Assembly (NCBI GenBank): GCA_030524485.1
Contig: JAUNGR010000002.1
Coordinates: 2,820 to 66,819, forward strand
Reading direction: 5' to 3'
Length of the DNA stretch: 64,000 bases
DNA from: a bacterium
GTDB taxonomy: Bacteria > Bacillota > Clostridia > Lachnospirales > Lachnospiraceae
Positions 43,722 through 53,860 of the stretch are shown here, one piece after another (the first letter of the stretch is position 1; every line of letters starts with the position of its first letter). The position numbers and the translations under genes are program-made. The notes below the pieces were generated by a model, which was not told the DNA's origin, made no database searches, and worked only from the letters and a program-made list of their open reading frames with translations.

Positions 43722-45122
43722 GTGATTCATCAATATAAAAATAATGGATATTCCATCATTTTGGATGTCAACAGCGGTGCGGTGCATTCGGTTGATGATA
43801 TGATGTACGATGTGATAGAGGTGCTGGCGGGGCTGCATCAGGAGCTGCCAGAGGGTGCAGAACTTGCAGAAAGCAGCAAGGATGCTGTGTATCAGACTTT
43901 AGGGCAGCGTTACGCGAGAGAGGAATTGGCGGAGGCCTTGGAGGATGTGGAGGAGCTGATTTCCAGAGGAGAGCTGTTTGCGGAGGATGTGTATCACGAC
44001 TATGTGATTGACTTTAAGAAGAGACAGACTGTGGTGAAAGCTCTCTGTCTGCACATTGCTCACGATTGCAATCTCGCCTGTCAGTACTGCTTTGCAGAGG
44101 AGGGAGAGTACCACGGCAGAAGGGCAATCATGAGCTATGAAGTCGGAAAGAAGGCATTGGACTTTTTGATTGCCAACTCCGGTGCGAGACGCAATCTGGA
44201 GGTGGACTTTTTCGGTGGAGAGCCTCTCATGAACTGGGAGGTGGTGAAAAAGCTGGTGGAGTATGGCCGCTCTCAGGAGAAGGCACATAATAAGAACTTC
44301 CGTTTCACGCTGACCACAAATGGTGTGCTGCTAAACGATGAGATTATGGAATTTTGCAATCGGGAGATGAGCAATGTCGTGTTGAGCCTTGACGGCAGAA
44401 GGGAAGTGAACGACAGAATGCGTCCCTTCCGCAACGGAAGGGGCAGTTATGATTTGATTGTTCCCAAGTTCCAGAAGTTTGCGGAGAGTAGAAAGCAGAC
44501 CAATTATTATGTCAGAGGTACCTTCACCCGCAACAATCTGGACTTTGCACAGGATGCGCTGCACTTTGCGGACTTGGGCTTTCAGCAGATGTCCATCGAG
44601 CCTGTGGTCGCTGCACCGGAGGATGCTTATTCCATCCGTGAGGAAGATTTGCCACAGATTTTGGAGCAGTATGACACACTGGCAGCGGAGTATGTGAAAC
44701 GCAAAAAAGAGGGAAGAGGTTTTAATTTCTTCCACTTTATGATTGATTTGACGCAGGGACCTTGTGTGGCAAAGAGACTTTCCGGCTGTGGTTCCGGTAC
44801 CGAGTATCTGGCGGTGACTCCTTGGGGAGATTTGTATCCTTGCCATCAGTTTGTGGGCATGGAGGAGTTCTTGTTGGGCAATGTGGACACCGGCATCACA
44901 AATACTAAGATTCGGGATGAGTTTAAGCTTTGCAATGTCTATGCGAAGGACAAGTGTAAAAACTGCTTTGCCAGATTTTATTGCAGCGGCGGCTGTGCAG
45001 CCAATTCCTATAACTTCCACGGCTGCATCACAGATGCCTATGACATTGGCTGCGAGATGCAGAAAAAGCGCATCGAGTGTGCGATTATGATTAAGGCAGC
45101 TTTGGCGGAGGAAGAAGAATAG
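43722..45122 (+). CDS. scfB: SCIFF radical SAM / SPASM maturase
   Basis: GTG start after AAAGGAGA. (V)IHQYKNNGYSIILDVNSGAVHSVDD, CNLACQYC radical SAM cluster, C-terminal Cys cluster CKNCFARFYCSGGC. Confidence 0.92.
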   Translation: MIHQYKNNGYSIILDVNSGAVHSVDDMMYDVIEVLAGLHQELPEGAELAESSKDAVYQTLGQRYAREELAEALEDVEELISRGELFAEDVYHDYVIDFKKRQTVVKALCLHIAHDCNLACQYCFAEEGEYHGRRAIMSYEVGKKALDFLIANSGARRNLEVDFFGGEPLMNWEVVKKLVEYGRSQEKAHNKNFRFTLTTNGVLLNDEIMEFCNREMSNVVLSLDGRREVNDRMRPFRNGRGSYDLIVPKFQKFAESRKQTNYYVRGTFTRNNLDFAQDALHFADLGFQQMSIEPVVAAPEDAYSIREEDLPQILEQYDTLAAEYVKRKKEGRGFNFFHFMIDLTQGPCVAKRLSGCGSGTEYLAVTPWGDLYPCHQFVGMEEFLLGNVDTGITNTKIRDEFKLCNVYAKDKCKNCFARFYCSGGCAANSYNFHGCITDAYDIGCEMQKKRIECAIMIKAALAEEEE

Positions 45123-45211
45123 GGGATTAGGAAAGTCCCGAGTGCCAGTGACGGCCCTTTGGCAGGACAAGTCATGTAGGCGGACAGGGATGAAAGGAGA
45201 GAAGAGAAACG

Positions 45212-47362
45212 ATGAAGAACAGTAAAATGAAGTCTGTGTTGGTTCTTCTGCTCACGTTGGCGGCCATTGGGGTGTTTGGATTCTTCGGCTACACCTCAAT
45301 GGATGACATCAAGCTTGGCCTAGATTTGGCCGGTGGTGTCAGCATTACCTATCAGGCGGTGGAGGAGAATCCCACCAGTGAGCAGATGAAGGACACGGTC
45401 TACAAACTGCAGCAGAGAGTGGAGAATTATAGCACGGAGGCGGAAGTGTATCAGGAAGGTTCCAACCGAATCAACGTGGACATTCCGGGCGTTTCCGATG
45501 CCAATGCTATTTTGGAGGAACTGGGAAAACCAGGGTCTCTGATGTTTGTGGATGAGGAAGGCAATGTACTGCTGACCGGAGACCAAGTGGCAACCGCAAA
45601 GGCGGGTATGATGGACGGAAGCACCGGAGGCACCGAATATGTGGTCAGCCTGACCTTCACCGAGGAAGGCAGCCAGACCTTTGCGGAGGCCACGGAGGCG
45701 AACGTAGGCAAGAGAATTGCCATCATCTACGACAATACCATAGTTTCCAACCCGACCGTGCAGACAGCCATCACCGGAGGGGAGGCCTACATCAACGGTC
45801 TGGAGAGCTATGAGGCGGCAGAAAACCTTGCTTCCACAATTCGCATCGGTTCCCTCTCTCTGGAGCTGGAGGAACTGCGTTCCAACGTGGTGGGGGCAAA
45901 ATTGGGGGAGACAGCCATTTCCACCAGCCTTCGGGCAGGTGCGATTGGATTTGCCATTGTTGTCGTGTTTATGATTGCGGTTTATCTGGTTCCGGGAGTG
46001 GCAGCCGCACTGGCTCTCTGCCTCTATGTGGGACTGGTTCTGATTCTTCTGAGTGCGTTTGAGGTTACCCTGACCCTTCCAGGAGTGGCAGGTATCATCC
46101 TTTCTATCGGTATGGCGGTGGATGCCAATGTCATCATCTTCACCCGAATCAAGGAGGAGATTGCCGAGGGGAAAAGCGTAAAAATAGCGATTCACAATGG
46201 CTTCCATAAGGCTATGTCTGCTATCATCGATGGCAACGTGACCACCTTGATTGCGGCTTTGGTGCTGTACTGGAGAGGTTCCGGTACGGTGAAGGGCTTT
46301 GCTTCCACGTTAGCTTTGGGTATTGTGCTGTCCATGTTTACGGCTCTGTTTGTGACCAGAGGCGTGTTGTCCGCTCTGTTTGCTCTGGGCTTAGATAAAC
46401 CAAAGATGTACGGCATCAAGAAAGAGGGAAAGGTACTTCCTTTTGTGCAAAAGAGAGTATTTTGTTTTGCCTTTTCTATCCTAGTGATTGTGGTTGGTTT
46501 TGGAGCAATGGCTTACAATCATGTGTCCTCCGGAGCGGCTTTAAACTATAGCTTGGAATTTAAGGGTGGTACCTCCACCAATGTGACCTTCAACGAAGAT
46601 TTGTCTTTGGAGCAAATCTCCACAGAGGTGGTTCCGGTGGTTGCGGAGGTGACCAAGGACTCCGACATTCAGACCCAAAAGGTGACGGGAACAAACGAAG
46701 TCATTATAAAGACCCGAACGCTGAATGTGGAGGAGAGAGAGGAACTCAACGAGAAGCTAAAAGAGAACTTTGATGTGGAAGAGGATAAGATAACCGCAGA
46801 GAGCATTTCCGGTGCGGTCAGCGATGAGATGAAAGAAGATGCGGTCGTGGCCGTGGTGATTTCTACCATTTGTATGCTGATTTATATCTGGTTCCGCTTT
46901 AAGGACATCCGCTTTGCGGCCAGTGCCGTTTTGGCTCTGCTGCACGACGTGCTGGTGGTTTTGACCTTCTATGCGGCAGCCAAGTGGTCCGTGGGTTCCA
47001 CCTTCATCGCTTGTATGTTGACGATAGTGGGCTATTCCATCAATGCGACCATCGTTATCTTTGATAGAATTCGTGAGAATTTAAAGAGCATGAACAAGGC
47101 TTCCACAATGGAGATTGTCAATGCGAGCATCACACAGACTTTAAGCCGAAGTGTGAATACTTCCCTGACCACTTTCATCATGGTCTTTGTGCTCTTTCTC
47201 ATGGGAGTGTCCTCCATCCGTGACTTTGCCCTGCCGCTGATGGTGGGAATTGTCTGCGGAACCTATTCTTCGGTTTGCATTACAGGTGCTCTGTGGTATG
47301 TTATGACGACACATAAAAAGGCGAAACAGGCGGGAGAGGAAAAGACCACCGCTGGAAAATAA
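45212..47362 (+). CDS. secDF: Protein translocase SecDF fusion
   Basis: 716 aa. LGLDLAGGVSITYQA (SecD) and a C-terminal SecF half. Confidence 0.93.
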   Translation: MKNSKMKSVLVLLLTLAAIGVFGFFGYTSMDDIKLGLDLAGGVSITYQAVEENPTSEQMKDTVYKLQQRVENYSTEAEVYQEGSNRINVDIPGVSDANAILEELGKPGSLMFVDEEGNVLLTGDQVATAKAGMMDGSTGGTEYVVSLTFTEEGSQTFAEATEANVGKRIAIIYDNTIVSNPTVQTAITGGEAYINGLESYEAAENLASTIRIGSLSLELEELRSNVVGAKLGETAISTSLRAGAIGFAIVVVFMIAVYLVPGVAAALALCLYVGLVLILLSAFEVTLTLPGVAGIILSIGMAVDANVIIFTRIKEEIAEGKSVKIAIHNGFHKAMSAIIDGNVTTLIAALVLYWRGSGTVKGFASTLALGIVLSMFTALFVTRGVLSALFALGLDKPKMYGIKKEGKVLPFVQKRVFCFAFSILVIVVGFGAMAYNHVSSGAALNYSLEFKGGTSTNVTFNEDLSLEQISTEVVPVVAEVTKDSDIQTQKVTGTNEVIIKTRTLNVEEREELNEKLKENFDVEEDKITAESISGAVSDEMKEDAVVAVVISTICMLIYIWFRFKDIRFAASAVLALLHDVLVVLTFYAAAKWSVGSTFIACMLTIVGYSINATIVIFDRIRENLKSMNKASTMEIVNASITQTLSRSVNTSLTTFIMVFVLFLMGVSSIRDFALPLMVGIVCGTYSSVCITGALWYVMTTHKKAKQAGEEKTTAGK

Positions 47363-47377
47363 AGTGGAGAAAACGAT

Positions 47378-48517
47378 ATGAAATATACGATTACAGCGAA
47401 GGACGGAAAGGCGAAGAGTGCCGTGATGGAGACGGTGCATGGAACCATCCAGACTCCGGTTTTTATGAATGTGGGGACGGTGGGAGCCATCAAGGGAGCG
47501 GTGTCCACGGATGATTTGCGGGAAATCCGCACACAAGTGGAACTCTCTAATACCTACCATCTGCATGTGCGTACCGGAGACAAGCTGATTCGCAAGTTTG
47601 GCGGTCTGCACAAGTTCATGCATTGGGATAGGCCGATTTTGACCGATTCCGGCGGATTTCAGGTCTTTTCCCTCGCAGGTCTTAGAAAGATTAAGGAGGA
47701 GGGCGTGACCTTCCAGTCCCATATTGATGGACATAAGATTTTTATGGGACCGGAGGAGAGTATGCAGATACAGTCCAATCTGGGTTCCACGATAGCGATG
47801 GCTTTTGACGAGTGCCCTTCCAGTCGGGCGGATCGTGCGTACATTGAGCAGTCTGTAGCGAGAACCACCCGCTGGCTGGCTCGCTGCAAGGCGGAGATGC
47901 AGAGATTAAATGCTCTTCCGGAGACCCTGAACAAGGAGCAGCTGCTCTTTGGCATCAATCAGGGCGGTGTGCTGGACGATGTGAGAATCGCTCACGCAAA
48001 GGCGATTCGGGAGATGGATTTGGATGGTTACGCACTGGGTGGCCTTGCGGTGGGCGAGAGTCACGAGGAGATGTATCACATCTTAGATGTGACGGTTCCA
48101 CATCTTCCGGAGGAGAAACCGATTTATCTGATGGGTGTGGGCACACCGGCCAACATTTTGGAGGCGGTAGACCGAGGCGTAGATTTCTTTGACTGTGTGT
48201 ATCCGAGTCGAAATGGAAGACACGGGCATGTGTATACCAATCAGGGAAAAATCAATCTGTTCAATGCCAAGTATGAGTTGGATGAGAGTCCAATAGAGGA
48301 GGGCTGTGCTTGTCCGGCCTGCCGTTCCTACAGCAGAGCCTATATCCGCCATTTGCTAAAAGCAAAAGAAATGCTGGGAATGCGCCTTTGCGTCTTGCAT
48401 AATCTTTACTTTTATAATACAATGATGGAAGAAATTCGGGATGCGATTCGCAGCGGAAACTATGCCGAGTACAAGGCAGCGAAGCTTGCAGGCATGGAGG
48501 CTGGCGAAAAGAAGTAG
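47378..48517 (+). CDS. tgt: tRNA-guanine transglycosylase
   Basis: TPVFMNVGT, LTDSGGFQV, Zn site CACPAC...H. Confidence 0.95.
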   Translation: MKYTITAKDGKAKSAVMETVHGTIQTPVFMNVGTVGAIKGAVSTDDLREIRTQVELSNTYHLHVRTGDKLIRKFGGLHKFMHWDRPILTDSGGFQVFSLAGLRKIKEEGVTFQSHIDGHKIFMGPEESMQIQSNLGSTIAMAFDECPSSRADRAYIEQSVARTTRWLARCKAEMQRLNALPETLNKEQLLFGINQGGVLDDVRIAHAKAIREMDLDGYALGGLAVGESHEEMYHILDVTVPHLPEEKPIYLMGVGTPANILEAVDRGVDFFDCVYPSRNGRHGHVYTNQGKINLFNAKYELDESPIEEGCACPACRSYSRAYIRHLLKAKEMLGMRLCVLHNLYFYNTMMEEIRDAIRSGNYAEYKAAKLAGMEAGEKK

Positions 48518-48569
48518 TGCAGGGAGTTTGCATGAGACATCCAAACAGAGGAAAGGAGGAGGAAGACCT

Positions 48570-48878
48570 ATGTTTCAGATAGCAGCAGAGACCGCATCAT
48601 CGGGAATGGGCATTGGTTTCATTTTGACCTATGTTGTGATGCTGGCCGGTATTTTCTATTTTATTGCATGGAGACCACAGAAAAAAGAGAAGAAAGCAAT
48701 GGAAGAGATGCTGTCCACCGTAGCGGTAGGCGATACCGTGCTGACCAGCAGTGGTTTTTATGGTGTGATTATTGATATGACAGATGACATGGTGATTATT
48801 GAATTCGGTGGAGACAGACACTGCCGCATTCCGATGGATAAGAAGGCCATCGCTAAGATAGAAAAACCACAGGCCTAA
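48570..48878 (+). CDS. yajC: Preprotein translocase subunit YajC
   Basis: RPQKKEKKAMEEMLSTVAVGDTVLTSSGFYG. RBS GGAGGAGG. Confidence 0.88.
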   Translation: MFQIAAETASSGMGIGFILTYVVMLAGIFYFIAWRPQKKEKKAMEEMLSTVAVGDTVLTSSGFYGVIIDMTDDMVIIEFGGDRHCRIPMDKKAIAKIEKPQA

Positions 48879-48882
48879 TGGG

Positions 48883-49003
48883 TCAGAGTAAGCCTTTATG
48901 TACCCAACTGATGGATGCACCACCTTACCATGAAAGTTTGTCGGGTGCATTTGGCATCCCTGAACTTAGTGCTGCCTATTGGCAGCGGTACTTTCAGAGT
49001 AAT
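48883..49003 (+). repeat. Second copy of the 77-nt insert plus hairpin and tail, directly after the yajC stop
   Basis: 48893-48969 differs from 32648-32724 at 8 of 77 positions, all transitions. It is followed by GCTGCCTATTGGCAGCGGTACTTTCAGAGTAA and preceded by TCAGAGTAAG. Confidence 0.8.
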
Positions 49004-49006
49004 AAG

Positions 49007-49043
49007 AGAGAATCCAAGATACAAAAATTGGATTCTCTTTTTC
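49007..49043 (+). terminator. Terminator of the secDF-tgt-yajC unit
   Basis: AGAGAATCCA ... TGGATTCTCT followed by TTTT. Confidence 0.75.
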
Positions 49044-49096
49044 ATTTCTATAACCCTGACTTATGGAAATAATTCCAAACTTGTATATAAAACTCA

Positions 49097-49125
49097 TTGA
49101 AATATTTGTCAAAATGTTCTACTAT
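49097..49125 (+). promoter_or_regulatory. Candidate leuB promoter
   Basis: TTGAAA, 17 nt, TACTAT. Confidence 0.35.
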
Positions 49126-49160
49126 TAAAAGAAACACTACTTTGAAGGGGACTGAAAAAG

Positions 49161-50255
49161 ATGGAATATAAGATTGCGGTGATTTCAGGCGACGGAATTG
49201 GCCCAGAAATCGTAAGGGAAGCGAAGAAGGTATTGGATAAAATCGGAGAATTGTACGGACATACGTTTCATTATACGGAGGTGCTGATGGGCGGCTGCTC
49301 GATTGACGTTCACGGGGTTCCGCTTACCGAGGAGGCTCTGCAGACAGCCAAGGAGAGCGATTCGGTGCTTTTGGGAGCAGTCGGAGGAAATGTGGGAAAT
49401 TCCCGCTGGTACGATGTAGCTCCAAATCTTCGTCCCGAGGCAGGCCTTCTGGCCATCCGCAAGGGTTTGGGACTGTTTGCTAACATCCGTCCGGCGTATC
49501 TCTACAAGGAGCTGGCAGCGGCCTGCCCGCTGAAGGAGGAGATTATCGGGGATGGTTTCGATATGGTGATTATGCGTGAGCTGACCGGAGGTCTCTACTT
49601 CGGAGAACGCTACACCAAGGAGATTGACGGCGTGATGACGGCAGTGGACACCTTGACCTACAACGAGAAGGAGATTCGCCGGATTGCTGTGAAGGCTTTT
49701 GACATTGCAAGGAAGCGTAAGAAGAGAGTCATCAGCGTGGATAAGGCAAATGTGTTGGATTCCTCCCGCCTCTGGAGAAAGGTAGTAGAAGAGGTGGCAA
49801 AGAATTATCCAGAAGTGGAGCTGAGCCATATGCTGGTGGACAACTGTGCGATGCAGCTGGTGATGAATCCAGCACAGTTTGATGTGGTGCTGACGGAAAA
49901 TATGTTTGGGGATATTCTCTCGGATGAGGCCAGCATGATCACCGGTTCCATCGGAATGCTCCCCTCCGCCAGTCTGAACGAGGGCAAATTTGGTCTCTAT
50001 GAGCCAAGCCACGGTTCCGCACCGGACATCGCAGGCAAAGACATTGCAAACCCGATTGCGACCATTCTGTCCGCAGCGATGATGCTTCGCTACTCCTTTG
50101 ATTTGGATGAGGAGGCAGCTGCCATCGAGAAGGCAGTGGAGAAGGTGCTTTCCATGGGTATCCGCACCGTGGATATCATGGCAGAGGGCTGCAGGCAGGT
50201 GGGAACCACAGAGATGGGAACTGCCATCTGTGAAATTTTAGTACAAAATAAATAA
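49161..50255 (+). CDS. leuB: 3-isopropylmalate dehydrogenase
   Basis: [13 protein letters not shown] ... [25 protein letters not shown]. Confidence 0.95.
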   Translation: MEYKIAVISGDGIGPEIVREAKKVLDKIGELYGHTFHYTEVLMGGCSIDVHGVPLTEEALQTAKESDSVLLGAVGGNVGNSRWYDVAPNLRPEAGLLAIRKGLGLFANIRPAYLYKELAAACPLKEEIIGDGFDMVIMRELTGGLYFGERYTKEIDGVMTAVDTLTYNEKEIRRIAVKAFDIARKRKKRVISVDKANVLDSSRLWRKVVEEVAKNYPEVELSHMLVDNCAMQLVMNPAQFDVVLTENMFGDILSDEASMITGSIGMLPSASLNEGKFGLYEPSHGSAPDIAGKDIANPIATILSAAMMLRYSFDLDEEAAAIEKAVEKVLSMGIRTVDIMAEGCRQVGTTEMGTAICEILVQNK

Positions 50256-50388
50256 CACTGAAAGGATTCGCCTGCGGCGAATCACCACTATGTATGAAAG
50301 TCGATTGCTCCGTGCTTTGCACGGTCTTACGCTCCGGTCGTTGCCAAAACAATCCATGTAGCCACCGTCCGGGACTTTCAGAGTAAAA
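50256..50388 (+). repeat. 133-nt structured intergenic unit between leuB and ilvD with the same core and tail
   Basis: CACCACTATGTATGAAAGTC core (compare CACCACCTTACCATGAAAGTC) and tail GACTTTCAGAGTAAAA. Hairpins GATTCGCC/GGCGAATC and CCGTGC/GCACGG. Confidence 0.7.
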
Positions 50389-50401
50389 TTAGGAGGAAAT
50401 T

Positions 50402-52072
50402 ATGAGAAGTGATAATGTGAGAACCGGTATGCAGCAGGCACCGCACCGTTCGCTCTTTCATGCCTTGGGCATGACGGAGGAGGAGATGCAGCGTCCGCTG
50501 GTTGGCATTGTGAGTTCCTACAACGAGATTGTTCCTGGACATATCAATCTGGATAAAATTACAGAGGCCGTGAAGCTGGGGGTAGCGATGGCAGGTGGCA
50601 CTCCGGTGGTGGTTCCGGCAATTGCAGTCTGTGACGGCATTGCGATGGGGCATATCGGCATGAAATATTCTCTGGTGACAAGAGATTTGATTGCAGATTC
50701 GACGGAGTGTCTGGCTATGGCACATCAGTTTGATGCGATGGTGATGATTCCCAACTGTGACAAGAACGTGCCGGGACTTTTGATGGCGGCAGCTCGTGTC
50801 AATATCCCCACCGTGTTTGTGAGCGGCGGTCCCATGCTTGCGGGTCATGTACATGGACAGAAGAGAAGCCTTTCCAGCATGTTTGAGGCAGTGGGCTCCT
50901 ATGCGGCAGGCACTATGACGGAGGAGGACGTGAGAGAGTTTGAGAATAACGTCTGCCCGACCTGCGGTTCCTGTTCTGGTATGTACACGGCAAACAGCAT
51001 GAACTGCCTGACGGAGGTGTTGGGCATGGGATTGCGAGGAAATGGCACCATTCCGGCGGTCTATTCGGAGCGCATCAAGCTGGCAAAACATGCCGGTATG
51101 AAGGTGATGGAGATGTACGCAAAGAACATCCGCCCGAGGGACATTATGACGGATAAGGCCTTCCTAAATGCTTTGACCGTGGATATGGCTCTGGGATGTT
51201 CTACCAACAGTATGCTGCACCTTCCGGCGATTGCACACGAGGCCGGTGTGGACTTAAATATGGATTTGATTAACAAGATGAGTGCGAGAACACCCAATCT
51301 CTGCCACTTGGCTCCGGCAGGTTCCACCTACATGGAAGATTTGAATGAGGCCGGAGGTGTCTATGCCGTTATGAATGAGTTGGCAAAGAAAGATTTGTTG
51401 TATTTAGACTGCATTACTGTGACCGGAAAGACCGTAGGAGAGAATATCAAACATTGCATCAACCGCAATCCACAGGTGATTCGTCCGATTGAAAATCCCT
51501 ACAGCCAGACAGGTGGAATTGCTGTTTTGAAGGGAAATCTGGCTCCGGATACGGCTGTGGTGAAGCGTTCCGCAGTGGCTCCCGAGATGTTGCAGCATGA
51601 GGGACCAGCAAGAGTCTTTGATTGTGAGGAGGATGCCATTGCAGCCATCAAGGGCGGTGACATTCACGCAGGCGATGTCGTGGTGATTCGCTACGAAGGA
51701 CCGAAGGGAGGTCCTGGAATGCGTGAGATGTTAAATCCCACCTCTGCGATTGCCGGAATGGGACTGGGTTCCAGTGTGGCTTTGATTACGGATGGACGTT
51801 TCAGTGGAGCTTCCAGAGGAGCTTCCATCGGTCATGTCTCTCCAGAAGCGGCTGTGGGCGGCCCGATTGCACTGGTGCAGGAGGGAGATATCATAGAGAT
51901 TGACATCAACAACAATACATTAAATATGAGAGTTTCCGAGGAGGAACTGGCAGCAAGAAGAGCAAAGTGGCAGCCGAGAGAGCCGAAGGTGACCACAGGA
52001 TATTTGGCACGTTATGCCTCTATGGTAACCAGTGGAAACCGTGGTGCAGTGCTTGAGATTCCAAAGAAATAA
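50402..52072 (+). CDS. ilvD: Dihydroxy-acid dehydratase
   Basis: [11 protein letters not shown]...CDGIAMGH...PNCDKNVPG. Confidence 0.96.
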   Translation: MRSDNVRTGMQQAPHRSLFHALGMTEEEMQRPLVGIVSSYNEIVPGHINLDKITEAVKLGVAMAGGTPVVVPAIAVCDGIAMGHIGMKYSLVTRDLIADSTECLAMAHQFDAMVMIPNCDKNVPGLLMAAARVNIPTVFVSGGPMLAGHVHGQKRSLSSMFEAVGSYAAGTMTEEDVREFENNVCPTCGSCSGMYTANSMNCLTEVLGMGLRGNGTIPAVYSERIKLAKHAGMKVMEMYAKNIRPRDIMTDKAFLNALTVDMALGCSTNSMLHLPAIAHEAGVDLNMDLINKMSARTPNLCHLAPAGSTYMEDLNEAGGVYAVMNELAKKDLLYLDCITVTGKTVGENIKHCINRNPQVIRPIENPYSQTGGIAVLKGNLAPDTAVVKRSAVAPEMLQHEGPARVFDCEEDAIAAIKGGDIHAGDVVVIRYEGPKGGPGMREMLNPTSAIAGMGLGSSVALITDGRFSGASRGASIGHVSPEAAVGGPIALVQEGDIIEIDINNNTLNMRVSEEELAARRAKWQPREPKVTTGYLARYASMVTSGNRGAVLEIPKK

Positions 52073-52090
52073 AGAAGGAGGAGGTACGAT

Positions 52091-53791
52091 ATGGAGATTT
52101 TAACAGGTTCCGAGATTGTAGTACAGTGTTTGAAGGAGCAGGGTGTGGATACGGTCTTTGGGTATCCGGGCGGAACCATCCTAAACATTTACGATGCCCT
52201 GTATCAGCATCAAGATGAGATTACGCATATTTTAACCTCCCACGAGCAGGGAGCAGCACACGCAGCGGACGGATATGCGAGAGCTACCGGTAAGGTAGGG
52301 GTTTGCATGGCAACTTCCGGTCCAGGAGCGACCAACCTTGTAACTGGTATCGCAACCGCATACATGGACTCAATTCCTATGGTGGCCATCACCTGTAACG
52401 TAGCGGTAAGCCTCTTGGGAAAGGATAGTTTTCAGGAGATTGACATCGCCGGCGTGACCATGCCCATCACCAAGTATAATTTTATCGTGAAGGACATCAA
52501 AAAGCTGGCTTCCACCTTACGCCGTGCCTTTCGCATTGCCAGCACAGGCCGTCCGGGGCCGGTGCTGGTGGATATCACGAAGGATGTGACGGCTGCCAAG
52601 TGCGAGTATGAATATCAGGAGCCGGAGGCGATTGTACGCCAGACCGAAACCATCCGTGAGGAAGACCTAAACCGTGCGGTGGAGATGATACGCAACGCAA
52701 AGAAGCCTTTTATCGTGGTGGGCGGCGGAGCCATTATCTCCGATGCTGCAGATGAAATCCGTGCCTTCGCCAAAAAGATTCAGGCTCCGGTAGCGGATAC
52801 TCTGATGGGCAAGGGAGCCTTTGACGGAACCGATGCATTATACACCGGTATGATTGGTATGCACGGCACCAAGACTTCCAACTTTGGAGTGACGGAGAGC
52901 GATCTGCTCATTGTTGCGGGAGCCAGATTCAGTGACCGAGTGGTGGGCAACGCCTCCAAGTTTGCCAAAAATGCCAAGATTTTGCAGTTGGATGTGGATG
53001 AAGTTGAGATCAATAAGAATATTATGGTGGATGCCAGCGTGATTGGCGATTTGAAGGTGATTTTACGCCGCTTGAACGCAAGAATGGACCCGCTCAACCA
53101 TGACGAGTGGCTGGCTCACATTGAGCGCATGAAGGATATGTATCCGCTGCGTTACCACAAAGAGCTGCTGACCGGACCTTATATCATAGAGACCATCTAC
53201 AAGGTGACGGAGGGAGATGCCATCATCACCACAGAGGTGGGACAGCATCAGATGTGGGCAGCACAGTATTACAAGTTCAAAAAGCCCCGCACGCTGTTGA
53301 CTTCTGGCGGTCTGGGAACCATGGGCTATGGTCTGGGGGCTTCTCTGGGGGCTAAGATGGGCTGCAAGGATAAGACCGTCTTTAACATTGCCGGAGATGG
53401 CTGTTTCCGCATGAACATGAATGAGATTGCAACCGCAACCCGCTACAACATTCCCATCATTCAGGTGGTGGTGAACAACCATGTACTGGGTATGGTACGC
53501 CAGTGGCAGACTTTGTTCTATGGAAAGAGATATTCGCATACGGTATTGAATGACAGCGTAGACTTTGTCAAGCTGGCTGAGGCAATGGGGGCAAAGGCCT
53601 ACCGTGTAACCAAAAAAGAGGAGCTGGAACCGGCATTGAGAGAGGCCATTGCATTAAATATTCCGGTGGTGATTGAGTGCCAGATTAACTGTGACGATAA
53701 GGTATTTCCTATGGTTCCGGCCGGTGCACCGATTGAGGATGCTTTTGACGAGACCGATTTGCAAATCAAGTCTTCGGATGAGATTCGCTAA
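52091..53791 (+). CDS. ilvB: Acetolactate synthase large subunit
   Basis: GVDTVFGYPGG...ThDP motif GDGCFRMN. No small-subunit gene is adjacent. Confidence 0.92.
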   Translation: MEILTGSEIVVQCLKEQGVDTVFGYPGGTILNIYDALYQHQDEITHILTSHEQGAAHAADGYARATGKVGVCMATSGPGATNLVTGIATAYMDSIPMVAITCNVAVSLLGKDSFQEIDIAGVTMPITKYNFIVKDIKKLASTLRRAFRIASTGRPGPVLVDITKDVTAAKCEYEYQEPEAIVRQTETIREEDLNRAVEMIRNAKKPFIVVGGGAIISDAADEIRAFAKKIQAPVADTLMGKGAFDGTDALYTGMIGMHGTKTSNFGVTESDLLIVAGARFSDRVVGNASKFAKNAKILQLDVDEVEINKNIMVDASVIGDLKVILRRLNARMDPLNHDEWLAHIERMKDMYPLRYHKELLTGPYIIETIYKVTEGDAIITTEVGQHQMWAAQYYKFKKPRTLLTSGGLGTMGYGLGASLGAKMGCKDKTVFNIAGDGCFRMNMNEIATATRYNIPIIQVVVNNHVLGMVRQWQTLFYGKRYSHTVLNDSVDFVKLAEAMGAKAYRVTKKEELEPALREAIALNIPVVIECQINCDDKVFPMVPAGAPIEDAFDETDLQIKSSDEIR

Positions 53792-53860
53792 TCCGCTTGC
53801 TGGTCAAAGTAAGATAGAGAAGCTGTAGAGTGACAAGGAAAAGGAAAGGGAGGAAGAGCT

